The notes under the pieces were generated by a model. That model saw only the letters and a program-made list of their open reading frames with translations, made no database searches and had not been told where the DNA came from. 32,000 bases of DNA from an uncultured Eubacteriales bacterium (GTDB taxonomy: Bacteria > Bacillota > Clostridia > TANB77 > UBA1234): assembly GCA_964602275.1 (NCBI GenBank), contig CAZRQF010000002.1, positions 12,415 to 44,414 on the forward strand. Direction: 5' to 3'. Of the stretch, positions 16,856-25,951 are shown piece after piece. Positions within the stretch are counted from its first letter, which is position 1, and every line of letters begins with the position of its first letter. The position numbers and the translations under genes were made by a program.

Positions 16856-18804
16856 ATGTTTAAACTACACTCAAATTTTGAGCCGACTGGTGATCAGCCA
16901 GAGGCAATAAAGTCTTTAGTAGATGGAATTGAAAAAGGCGAAAAATATCAGACTTTACTTGGAGTTACAGGTTCTCGGGAAAACTTTTACGATGGCTAAT
17001 GTTATTGCTAAAGTTAATAAGCCAACGCTTATCCTTGCTCACAATAAAACTTTAGCTCGGACAGTTATATTCGGAGTTCAAGGAGTTCTTCCCAGAGAAC
17101 GCAGTTGAGTATTTTGTATCTTACTATGATTACTATCAACCAGAAGCATATATGCCACAAACGGATACTTATATAGAAAAAGATTCTGCTGTTAATGAAG
17201 AGATTGATAAGCTAAGGCACTCTGCAACAGCTTCGCTTTTTGAGCGAAAAGATGTTATAATTGTTGCGAGCGTTTCGTGTATATACGGCTTAGGCGACCC
17301 TGAAGATTATAGTGGACTTACTCTTTCTTTAAGGCCAGGAATGCAAATAGAAAGAGATATGCTTTTAAGAGAGCTTATCGAAAGGCAATATGATAGAAAC
17401 GAAATGGAGTTCAAACGAGGCAAGTTTAGAGTGAGAGGAGATGTTGTTGAAGTTTATCCATCTAATGAATCTGAAAAGGCACTTAGGATAGAGTTTTTTG
17501 GAGATGAGATAGATAAAATCACAGAAATAAACCCTCTAACAGGACATAAGATAGCTCTTAGAAACCATGTTTTGATTTTTCCTAATTCGCATTATGCAAC
17601 TTCTAAAGAGAAAATGAAAAAAGCTATTGTCACTATTGAGGAAGAACTTGAAGAACGCATTAAGTACTTTACTGATAATAAGAAGTTGATTGAGGCACAA
17701 AGAATTGAACAGCGTACAAATTTTGATATTGAAATGATGCAAGAAACAGGTTTTTGTCAAGGCATAGAAAATTATTCTAGGCATATAAGTGGTAGAAAAG
17801 CGGGAAGTGCACCATATACTTTGATTGATTATTTCCCTGACGATTTTCTTTTGATGATTGACGAATCACATGTTACAATTCCACAAGTGAGAGCTATGTA
17901 TAATGGCGATAGAGCAAGAAAAGATAGTTTGGTTGAATATGGTTTCCGTCTTCCGTCTGCGTATGATAATAGACCGTTAAAGTTTGAAGAATGGGAAGAC
18001 AGAATTAATCAAGTTGTTTTTGTTAGTGCAACACCTGCCGACTACGAAGAAAAGCATACTCAAAATGTTGTTGAGCAAATTATTCGTCCAACTGGTTTGC
18101 TTGACCCTAAAATAGAAGTAAAGCCTATTGAAAATCAAATTGATGATTTAATTGAGCAAATACACTTAGTGACTGAAACTAATGAAAGAGTATTAGTTAC
18201 TACCCTAACTAAGAAAATGGCGGAAGATTTAACTAGCTATTTAAAAGAAGCAGGAATAAAAGTAACTTATATGCACTCAGATATTGATACATTAGAAAGA
18301 ATGAAAATTTTAAAAGAGTTACGCCAAGGTAAGTATGATGTACTAGTTGGAATAAATCTTCTAAGAGAAGGCTTAGACTTGCCTGAAGTTGCATTAGTTG
18401 CAATTCTCGATGCTGATAAAGAAGGCTTTTTGCGTAGTGAGCGTTCACTAATCCAAACTATTGGTAGAGCTGCTAGAAATGCTAATGGAAGGGTTATAAT
18501 GTATGCCGATGAGCTTACTGAATCTATGGAAAAAGCAATTACGGAAACTAATAGAAGACGAAAAATTCAAATGCAGTATAATGAAGAACATGGCATTGTG
18601 CCTAAGACCATTATAAAAGATATTAGGGATGATATTAAGGCAACATTTGAAGAAAGTGAAGCTGAAGAGTATATTGCCGAAGGAAAAGACATAAGTAAAA
18701 TAATAGACGAACTAACTACCAAGATGTTAAGCTATGCTGAAAAAATGGAATTTGAAAAGGCGGCTGAGATTAGAGATAAAATAAAAGAATTAGAAAATTT
18801 ATAG
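16856..18804 (+). pseudogene. uvrB: Excinuclease ABC subunit B, interrupted by two +1 frameshifts (extra nucleotide at about 16976 and about 17058)
   Basis: Three frames join into a complete UvrB. Positions 16856-16975 encode [40 protein letters not shown]. Positions 16977-17057 encode [27 protein letters not shown]. Positions 17059-18804 encode [36 protein letters not shown]... through the C-terminal UVR domain. In the starting frame a stop occurs at 16997-16999. Confidence 0.85.
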
Positions 18805-18816
18805 GAGAGGTGTAAT

Positions 18817-19191
18817 ATGGAATATAATATGAACAATGAAAATAATAAAAGGTTTAGACCATATAATTATAGGGAGAATTTGATAAGAGAAGAAAGTCGT
18901 ATTAGAAAAAATAGAAAACAATTAATTTTTTCTGCTGAACATTTAATGCTAATAAATGAGAAAGCACAAGAATATGGATTTAACGAGTTTAGCGGGTATA
19001 TAAGATTTTGCATAGAGAATAAGGAAATTACTAAAGCTGACCTTGAAAAATATGAGTGCAAGAGAATTGCAGATAAAAAGAGAAAACAGGTTTGTTTTAG
19101 CGATGAAGAAATTGCAACTATGGAAAGCATTATGAAAGACTTAGACTGCGATAACTTTAATCTTTATATAAGAACCATAGCGTTAAAGTAG
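18817..19191 (+). CDS. Tandem ribbon-helix-helix (MobC/TraY-like) protein, hypothetical
   Basis: Two internal repeats lie 56 aa apart: RKNRKQLIFSAEHLMLINEKAQEYGFNEFSGYIRFCI and KKRKQVCFSDEEIATMESIMKDLDCDNFNLYIRTIA. Both fit the RHH pattern of basic residues, a beta strand, helix, G/turn, then x-YIR. The RBS GGAGAGG lies upstream. Confidence 0.6.
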   Translation: MEYNMNNENNKRFRPYNYRENLIREESRIRKNRKQLIFSAEHLMLINEKAQEYGFNEFSGYIRFCIENKEITKADLEKYECKRIADKKRKQVCFSDEEIATMESIMKDLDCDNFNLYIRTIALK

Positions 19192-19289
19192 ATAAATTTT
19201 ATAATAACTTTAATAGAAGCCTCATAATATTTAGTAATTGAAAAATATTTTGAAAATACATTTTATATATTGCGTAGGAGTGAAAAAAG

Positions 19290-19850
19290 TTGGGAATATT
19301 AGAGATAATATTAATAGCAATTGGATTGGCTATGGATGCTTTTGCTGTATCAATATGTAAAGGACTATCCATGAAAAAAATGGATTGGAAAAAAGCTTTA
19401 ATTATTGCAGGATACTTTGGGGTATTTCAAGGTTTAATGCCAGTTGTGGGATATTTTTTAGGAACAAACTTTGAAAGCTTGGTAACGAAAATAGACCATT
19501 GGATAGCCTTTGGATTACTAGCGTTTATTGGTATAAATATGTTAAAAGAAGCGTTTAGTAAAGAAACAGAAAGTTATAATGATGATGTGGATTTTAAAAC
19601 AATGATAATTTTAGCCATAGCGACAAGTATTGATGCTTTGGCTATTGGAATAACTTTTGCTTTTTTAAGAACTAATATATTGTTAGCTGCTTTGATAATT
19701 GCAAGTATTACATTTGTAATAAGTATTGCAGGCGTTAAAATAGGTAATAAGTTTGGGTGCAAATATGAGAAAAAAGCAGAGATAATAGGAGGACTAATTT
19801 TGATTTGCATAGGCGTAAAAATTTTATTAGAGCATTTGCAAATTTTATAG
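19290..19850 (+). CDS. mntP: Manganese efflux pump MntP
   Basis: The MntP repeats MDAFAVS and IDALAIG sit in a six-helix protein. The TTG start follows the RBS AGGAG. Confidence 0.88.
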   Translation: MGILEIILIAIGLAMDAFAVSICKGLSMKKMDWKKALIIAGYFGVFQGLMPVVGYFLGTNFESLVTKIDHWIAFGLLAFIGINMLKEAFSKETESYNDDVDFKTMIILAIATSIDALAIGITFAFLRTNILLAALIIASITFVISIAGVKIGNKFGCKYEKKAEIIGGLILICIGVKILLEHLQIL

Positions 19851-19873
19851 AAGTGCCGTTCATAAAGTTTATT

Positions 19874-19909
19874 AAAATGATATTAAGTTTAGGTTAATAT
19901 CATTTTTTT
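19874..19909 (+). terminator. Rho-independent terminator after mntP
   Basis: AAAATGATATTAA pairs perfectly over 13 bp with TTAATATCATTTT across a 7-nt loop and runs into a T-tract. Confidence 0.8.
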
Positions 19910-19916
19910 ATGTGAA

Positions 19917-19938
19917 ATAATGAATTGCAATTCACTAT
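19917..19938. promoter_or_regulatory. Operator copy 1 (ATAATGAA-N6-TTCAyTAT), abutting the -35
   Basis: ATAATGAATTGCAATTCACTAT includes the perfect 14-bp palindrome TGAATTGCAATTCA. It matches copy 2 at 18 of 22 positions. Confidence 0.6.
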
Positions 19939-19966
19939 TGACATATTGTAGAAAATAGAGTAATAT
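19938..19966 (+). promoter_or_regulatory. Promoter of the tetR-MMPL operon
   Basis: TTGACA (19938-19943), a 17-nt spacer and TAATAT (19961-19966). Confidence 0.6.
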
Positions 19967-19970
19967 ATTA

Positions 19971-19992
19971 ATAATGAATTAGAGTTCATTAT
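19971..19992. promoter_or_regulatory. Operator copy 2, between the -10 and the RBS
   Basis: ATAATGAATTAGAGTTCATTAT has perfect 8-bp inverted arms, ATAATGAA and TTCATTAT. Confidence 0.6.
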
Positions 19993-20010
19993 TTGTTCAG
20001 GAGGGATATA

Positions 20011-20607
20011 ATGCAAAAGTTAAAAGATGAAATAAAAGAGAAGATTATTGAAGTTGGCAAGCGTAGATTTAAAAAAGAAGGGTATGAAAATACTTCTATG
20101 AAAGATATTGCGGCCGATGTAGGAATTAGTACGGGAAATATTTATAGGTATTTTCTTACTAAAAAACATTTGTTAAATGAAATTTTAAAAGAGATAGAGT
20201 GCGAAATTGAAAAATTCTTTAAAGAAATTCCTTCAAATTATAAAGAGCTTAAAATGCATGAAGTTTTTGATTTGATAATTGAGATGGCGGTAGAAATGTC
20301 TAAAAACAAAAAGGATGCATTAAAAGTGATGTTTAAATGCGAAAATGAAAGTTTGTTTTTGGAGTTTAAATCAAAGATATTAAAAATGTTGGTTGATAAA
20401 ATTGTAGAAATTGTAGAAAGCATGAAGACTGGGGAGATTGATATAACGCTTTGTGAAGCTATGGCACGCTCGCAGTTTGAGGGTTTTAGTTTCATTGTAA
20501 AATCAAACATTGATGAACCAGAACTACTAAAGAAAAACCTTATAATATATGAAAAACTAATGATAGAAAATTTGGACGAAAGAGTTATGGAAGTGATTAA
20601 TAATTAA
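20011..20607 (+). CDS. TetR/AcrR family transcriptional regulator
   Basis: The N-terminal HTH reads TSMKDIAADVGISTGNIYRYF. The start at ATG 20011 follows AGGAGGG. The tracked TTG 19993 lies inside operator 2. Confidence 0.88.
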   Translation: MQKLKDEIKEKIIEVGKRRFKKEGYENTSMKDIAADVGISTGNIYRYFLTKKHLLNEILKEIECEIEKFFKEIPSNYKELKMHEVFDLIIEMAVEMSKNKKDALKVMFKCENESLFLEFKSKILKMLVDKIVEIVESMKTGEIDITLCEAMARSQFEGFSFIVKSNIDEPELLKKNLIIYEKLMIENLDERVMEVINN

Positions 20608-22706
20608 TGGAAAAATTAGCAAGGTTTATTGTAAAAAACAGAAATAAAATAGGCATAGGATTTGTTATTGCTGTAATAATCAGCGTTTTGCTTATTCCAC
20701 TAGTACGCATTAATTATGATTTATCTGAATATGTTCCAGATAACGAAAAAGCAAAACAAGGTTTAAATATTGTAGAAGAAGAATTTGGAATGCAAAGTTT
20801 TGCCAGAGTTATGGTAAATGATGTTACTTTAGTGCAAGCAAAGAAATACAAAGACAAAATAGAAAAAGTTGATGGTATAGATATGGTTTTATGGCTAGAT
20901 GATAGCATAGACATATATAGGCCAATTGAATTTATTTCAGAAGATGTATTAGCGGACTATTATAAAGATGGCAGTGCATTATTTGAGGTAATGTTTGAAG
21001 AAGATGAGTATTCGTTGAGAACGAACAATGCAGTTGAAGAGATAAAAAATATACTTCCGGAAGATAGTAGTATGATTGGCTCGGCTATTGATACAAAATC
21101 TGCACAAGACACAATTCAAACAGAAGTAAGTAAAGTAATGCTTATATTAATACCTGTTGTAATAATAATATTGCTTTTAACTACTGACTCTTATGTATCT
21201 CCACTGCTATTTATGGCGGTAATTGGTGCATCAATTTTTTTAAATATGGGTACGAATGTATTATTAAAACATGTTTCGTTTTTGACATACAGTATAGTGG
21301 CAGCATTGCAATTGGCGGTATCAATGGACTATTCAGTATTTTTATTGCATGAATTTGAAACAGAAGATAAAAGTAATCTGGAAGAAGCAATGGTTAACAC
21401 ATTGAAAAAATCATGCATATCAATTTTATCAAGTGCAACTACTACAATAGCAGGATTTTTAGCACTAGTGTTTATGGGATTTACAATTGGTAAAGATATG
21501 GGGCTTGTATTTGCAAAAGGTATAATATTTAGTTTGCTTTCAGTTATATTTTTTATGCCATGTCTAATACTTAAATTTTATCCATACATAGAAAAAACTC
21601 GTCACAAATCTTTAATGCCTGATTTTAAAAAGTTTTCTACATTTATGACAAAAATATCATATTTATTGATTGTGCTTGTAATTATTATTGCAGTACCGTC
21701 ATATATAGCACAAAAGCAAAATGTATTTTTATACGGCTCATCATCTTTTGGCGGTGGCGAAGGCACAAAAGTCTATGAAGATGAAAAAAAGATTGTTGAA
21801 AAGTTTGGAAGAAGTAATCCGATAGTAGTATTAGTACCGAATGGCGATTATATATCGGAAAAAGAAATGGTATCGAAAATAGAAAACATGGAAGTTGTTC
21901 GAAATGTTCAATCTCTTGCTAATTTGGTAGGAGAAGGAATTCCTGATAGTTTTATACCGATAGATAATTATCAAAAATTTAAAACGGATAATTATTCTAG
22001 AATTTTAATATATCTAAGAACTTCATCTGAAAGCGATTTAGCATTTGATAGTATAAATTCACTAGAAAAAATACTTCAAAAATACTATGGCGACTCATAT
22101 GAAATTACGGGAGTAATCCCTATAACAATGAACATAAAAGAAATTGTAAATAAAGATTATGGAATTGTAAATATGTTATCAATTCTAATGGTTATAATAA
22201 TTCTTTTATGTACATTTAAATCAATTGCACTTCCGCTTCTATTAACCATCGTAATAGAGTGTGGAATATTTATAAATATGGCAATACCGTACTATACAGG
22301 AAAATCAATGATGTTCCTTGGATATTTAATAGTAAGCTCAATACAGCTTGGTGCAACGATAGACTATGCAATATTGCTTACAAATAATTATTTAACTTTT
22401 AGAAAAACTTTAGATAAGAAAACCGCTTCTCAAATGGCTGTTGATAAGAGTTTGCCATCTATACTTACCTCAGGCGGTATATTAGTTTGTGCAGCATATT
22501 TGATAAAATGGTGTTCAACAATAAATGCCGTTTCGGAAATTGGGCATTTAATTGGTAGAGGTGCATTAATAAGTATGTTTTTGGTAGTATTTTTCTTACC
22601 ACACATATTAGTTATTTTTGATAAAGCAATAGAGATAACAAATTTGGATAATTTAAAAGAACTAAAAAATAAGAAACCGAAAAAATCAAAACAAGAAAGG
22701 AAGTAA
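20607..22706 (+). CDS. MMPL/RND-superfamily membrane transporter
   Basis: 699 aa with two repeats, each a TM helix, a large extracytoplasmic loop and a five-helix bundle. The start overlaps the tetR stop (TAATG), which implies translational coupling. Confidence 0.85.
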   Translation: MEKLARFIVKNRNKIGIGFVIAVIISVLLIPLVRINYDLSEYVPDNEKAKQGLNIVEEEFGMQSFARVMVNDVTLVQAKKYKDKIEKVDGIDMVLWLDDSIDIYRPIEFISEDVLADYYKDGSALFEVMFEEDEYSLRTNNAVEEIKNILPEDSSMIGSAIDTKSAQDTIQTEVSKVMLILIPVVIIILLLTTDSYVSPLLFMAVIGASIFLNMGTNVLLKHVSFLTYSIVAALQLAVSMDYSVFLLHEFETEDKSNLEEAMVNTLKKSCISILSSATTTIAGFLALVFMGFTIGKDMGLVFAKGIIFSLLSVIFFMPCLILKFYPYIEKTRHKSLMPDFKKFSTFMTKISYLLIVLVIIIAVPSYIAQKQNVFLYGSSSFGGGEGTKVYEDEKKIVEKFGRSNPIVVLVPNGDYISEKEMVSKIENMEVVRNVQSLANLVGEGIPDSFIPIDNYQKFKTDNYSRILIYLRTSSESDLAFDSINSLEKILQKYYGDSYEITGVIPITMNIKEIVNKDYGIVNMLSILMVIIILLCTFKSIALPLLLTIVIECGIFINMAIPYYTGKSMMFLGYLIVSSIQLGATIDYAILLTNNYLTFRKTLDKKTASQMAVDKSLPSILTSGGILVCAAYLIKWCSTINAVSEIGHLIGRGALISMFLVVFFLPHILVIFDKAIEITNLDNLKELKNKKPKKSKQERK

Positions 22707-22712
22707 AGTAGT

Positions 22713-24752
22713 ATGAAAAGATTTTTAGTTTGCATAGTTGCTATGGTAATTTTACTTAGTAGTTTTTGCTATGCAATGCCTTCATTAACAAAAGAAGAAA
22801 CGGTATACATCAATCTTGGAAACTATGGCGATATAAGTGAAATAAATATTTATAATAAATGTAAAACGAATGAAGCAACCGAAATTAAAGATTATACTAG
22901 GTATAGTGAGGTTACTAATCTTACAAATAGAAATGAAAGTACAAATGAAGATGGAGTACTAATTTGGAATGTTACTGACGAAAAGGTATTTTCTTATACA
23001 GGAAAAGTATCAGAAGAGTATTATGAAAGTGTTCCGTGGGCCTTTGATATTACTTATAAATTAAACGGTGTGGAAGTTACACCAGATACATTACTTGGAG
23101 AAAAAGGTATTGTTGAAATTAATATAAAAATTACTGCAAACGAAAAAGCTAATTTATATTATCGAAATAATTACATATTAGAAATAACTAGTAGCTTCGA
23201 TATGTCAGACTATTTAAGTGTTGAATCAGATAATGCAATGATAACAAACACAGGTAATACAAAAACTCTTATGTTTATTGTTTTGCCTGGGCAATCAACA
23301 GAGCTAAATATAAGATTGGGTAGTGAAAGTTTTTCTATGGATGGAATAACTATGGCTGCAGTGCCACTTTCCGGCGACATACTAGATAAAGTTTCAGATA
23401 TTGTAGAAGAAAAAAATGACATTAAAGATTCACTAGATTCAATAGACAAAAGTACAGATATAATATTAGAAGCTTTTAATGGAATGAATAGCGGATTAAA
23501 TGGGATTTCTGCTGGTGTAAGTGAAATAAAGAAAGGCACGCAAGAATTGCATGGAATCTCTGATTTGAGAGATGAGGATATCTCAAACTTAAAAACAATA
23601 TTAGAAGAAGTAGTACCATTAGTACAAAATGTGCAAGACGATTTGGAAAAGCTAAATTCTGATTATGCAACATTTATTGATATGTTTAAAGATTTAGACG
23701 ATGAAGTTAAAAATTTACAAGATGATGTAGACATTTTAAATGAAGAGTTTGAAGACATTGTAAAAATAAGTAAAAGCTTACCGAGTGATGTAAATGATAT
23801 AAAAACATTAATTGAGAGCATATCAAAATTAACTAACGACATGGCTTCGATGTTTGAAAGTATGGATGATAAGAGTACAGAAAGTGCCGTAAAAGAAAAT
23901 TTGGGAGATTTAGCTACCGAAGCTAAAAAACTAGCAAGATATGCACAAAGTATAGAGGACGAATATCCTGAGCTAGCAATGTCACTTGCAGTATCGGCAG
24001 AATCAATTGGCTCAAGTGCAACTAATATGAAAACTATATTTGAAAATATTTCTTTAAGTCAAGTAAAGAGCAAATCAGTTATAGCAAAAGATTTGAGTAA
24101 TCTAGGAAATGATTTAGATGATGTAGCAGATATTTTAAATAAAAGTGATGCAAAGACTATTAGAAAATTTATAGCAGCACTAAGTGATACATCTAACACT
24201 CTAGAAGAAATGCTTAAAATAGTAAGTGAGTATAATGATAAAATTTTAGAAGATGAAGAAGATATTATAAAAACAATTAATACTTTCCAAGCATTAATAA
24301 GTAAGCTTTCAGAAATGAATACGCTAAGTATTAGTATGATAGATAACATTCAAAGTATGTTAAATATTTTAAGCACTAGCATATATAGTGGAACAGATAA
24401 AACACTTGATGCAATCGTTTCATTAGATAACCAATTATTAAATATAACAAAGCAATCTAATCAATTTAAAAATTCAAAGAATCAAATAAAAAAGGTACTA
24501 GATAACGAATGGGATAAAATTGAAGACGAAACGACAATATTTAATATAACAAAAGATGCAAAAGTTGTTTCGTTTGGTAGCACGGAAAATGAAAATGTAG
24601 AAAGTGTTCAATTTGTATTCAAAACGCCAGACATTAAAGAAACTAAAAAAGCCGAAAAAGATTTAGAAGCAAGTAGCGAAAAAATTTCTTTTTGGGATAG
24701 AATTAAAATAGTTTTAGATAAAATGTTTGGATGGATAAAAAATATATTTTAA
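22713..24752 (+). CDS. Secreted or cell-surface coiled-coil protein, possibly YhgE/Pip-like
   Basis: The signal peptide is MKRFLVCIVAMVILLSSFCYA. A beta-rich N-terminal domain of about 200 aa is followed by about 400 aa of acidic heptad-rich helix that includes LNGISAGVSEIKKGTQEL (LxxG heptads). The C-terminus is amphipathic. The RBS AAGGAAG lies upstream. Confidence 0.75.
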   Translation: MKRFLVCIVAMVILLSSFCYAMPSLTKEETVYINLGNYGDISEINIYNKCKTNEATEIKDYTRYSEVTNLTNRNESTNEDGVLIWNVTDEKVFSYTGKVSEEYYESVPWAFDITYKLNGVEVTPDTLLGEKGIVEINIKITANEKANLYYRNNYILEITSSFDMSDYLSVESDNAMITNTGNTKTLMFIVLPGQSTELNIRLGSESFSMDGITMAAVPLSGDILDKVSDIVEEKNDIKDSLDSIDKSTDIILEAFNGMNSGLNGISAGVSEIKKGTQELHGISDLRDEDISNLKTILEEVVPLVQNVQDDLEKLNSDYATFIDMFKDLDDEVKNLQDDVDILNEEFEDIVKISKSLPSDVNDIKTLIESISKLTNDMASMFESMDDKSTESAVKENLGDLATEAKKLARYAQSIEDEYPELAMSLAVSAESIGSSATNMKTIFENISLSQVKSKSVIAKDLSNLGNDLDDVADILNKSDAKTIRKFIAALSDTSNTLEEMLKIVSEYNDKILEDEEDIIKTINTFQALISKLSEMNTLSISMIDNIQSMLNILSTSIYSGTDKTLDAIVSLDNQLLNITKQSNQFKNSKNQIKKVLDNEWDKIEDETTIFNITKDAKVVSFGSTENENVESVQFVFKTPDIKETKKAEKDLEASSEKISFWDRIKIVLDKMFGWIKNIF

Positions 24753-24772
24753 AATTGAAGGAGGAATTTTTT

Positions 24773-25327
24773 ATGAATTTAGAAATGTGGATGAAAAAGT
24801 ATTTGAAAAAAGATGCGTTAGAAACGATTTTGGTTTCAATTATTTTTCTAGCAGTTGGAATATTAATTGCATTGAACCCAGAAACAACTATAATGGCAGT
24901 ATCGTATGTAATAGGTGGAATATTTATATTGTTTGGTATTTTTAAAATTATTAATTATATTTCTTTAAAAGGTAATGAAGACTTTTTTAATTATGACTTG
25001 GTGTTTGGCACGATAGGAATAATTGTTGGTATAATATTTATAGTGCAAGCATCGCTACTTAATACAATTCTTAGGATTGCTGTTGCAATATGGCTTATTT
25101 ATAGTGGATTAATAAAAGGAAATGTTGCATTGAAATTGAAAAAATTTAATATAAAAGCTTGGTGGCTTGCTCTTATTTCAGCAATTTTAATGGTTTTAGC
25201 TGGCATATATGTGATTTCATATTCTGGAATACTAGTTGCAACATTGGGTATATTTATGATTGTTTATGCGGTTATAGATATAATAAATGAAATTATATTT
25301 ATAGTTGATGTAAATAAGTATATATAA
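24773..25327 (+). CDS. DUF308/HdeD-like small membrane protein
   Basis: Repeated helix pairs have G-rich faces (GILIALNPE..., IGGIFILFGIFKI). The start at ATG 24773 follows GAAGGAGGA. The tracked ATG 24731 overlaps the previous gene. Confidence 0.7.
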   Translation: MNLEMWMKKYLKKDALETILVSIIFLAVGILIALNPETTIMAVSYVIGGIFILFGIFKIINYISLKGNEDFFNYDLVFGTIGIIVGIIFIVQASLLNTILRIAVAIWLIYSGLIKGNVALKLKKFNIKAWWLALISAILMVLAGIYVISYSGILVATLGIFMIVYAVIDIINEIIFIVDVNKYI

Positions 25328-25381
25328 AAGTTGAACTTTTTTTACTTACAATCGTCTAAGAAGTTGTAAGGAGGAATGAAA

Positions 25382-25951
25382 ATGAAGAAAAGCACAGAGA
25401 TAGTTTTAATAATAGGATTAGTTGTATTAGTAGCGATTTTTGGTATATATTTAATGGATATGAACCAGATGAAAAAAGGCGAAGAAGTATTTTTTAGCAC
25501 ATGGGGATATAAGTATGCACCTGTAAGAAAAGAAGAGCTAAATCCTAGTGACAAGGTTCAAAGCACAGAAAAAGTTATCTATAATCAAAATGGTGACTAT
25601 ATGGACTTGTTAATTCCAACCGATTGGGTATATGAACTTAAAACGGAAGTTACAGAAGATTATCGTGGTGGAGTAAAGGTTTATCCTAAAAACTCAGAGC
25701 AGTATGCAGAGATATGTTTTGCAGATTTCTTTGGTGTTTGTGGCACAGGTTTAGAAGTTAAAAATGATACTTTAAACGATGGAACAGAACTAACCATAGG
25801 ATATTATGATGGTAGTGATAACTGGACTTATGTTGTTTTTGCAAAAGATGATAAAAAAGTAGTAGGTTGGAACTATGGATTAAAGGGAGAAGAAGCAGAA
25901 GAAGTACTAGAAATGATTAAGTCTATAAATTTAAGTTTGCCACAAGCGTAA
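25382..25951 (+). CDS. Hypothetical membrane-anchored protein
   Basis: An N-terminal TM anchor (IVLIIGLVVLVAIFGIYL) precedes a soluble domain of about 150 aa. The RBS is AGGAGGA. ATG 25376 is the alternative start. Confidence 0.65.
   Translation: MKKSTEIVLIIGLVVLVAIFGIYLMDMNQMKKGEEVFFSTWGYKYAPVRKEELNPSDKVQSTEKVIYNQNGDYMDLLIPTDWVYELKTEVTEDYRGGVKVYPKNSEQYAEICFADFFGVCGTGLEVKNDTLNDGTELTIGYYDGSDNWTYVVFAKDDKKVVGWNYGLKGEEAEEVLEMIKSINLSLPQA

Noticed and set aside
16976-17058. uvrB indels as systematic errors at a methylated CCGG or CTCGG motif
   Set aside because: I cannot exclude sequencing error. However, other CTCGG sites (2063-2067, 2492-2496, 21080-21084) and many CCGG sites (for example in the TPR, uppP, folD and pheT genes) sit in intact reading frames. 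A simple motif-wide artefact is therefore not supported, and I kept this as an open alternative in the finding.
19192-19289. Possible yybP-ykoY manganese riboswitch upstream of mntP
   Set aside because: The spacer is only about 98 nt and very AT-rich. I found no paired four-helix architecture and no conserved G-rich junction sequences typical of that class.
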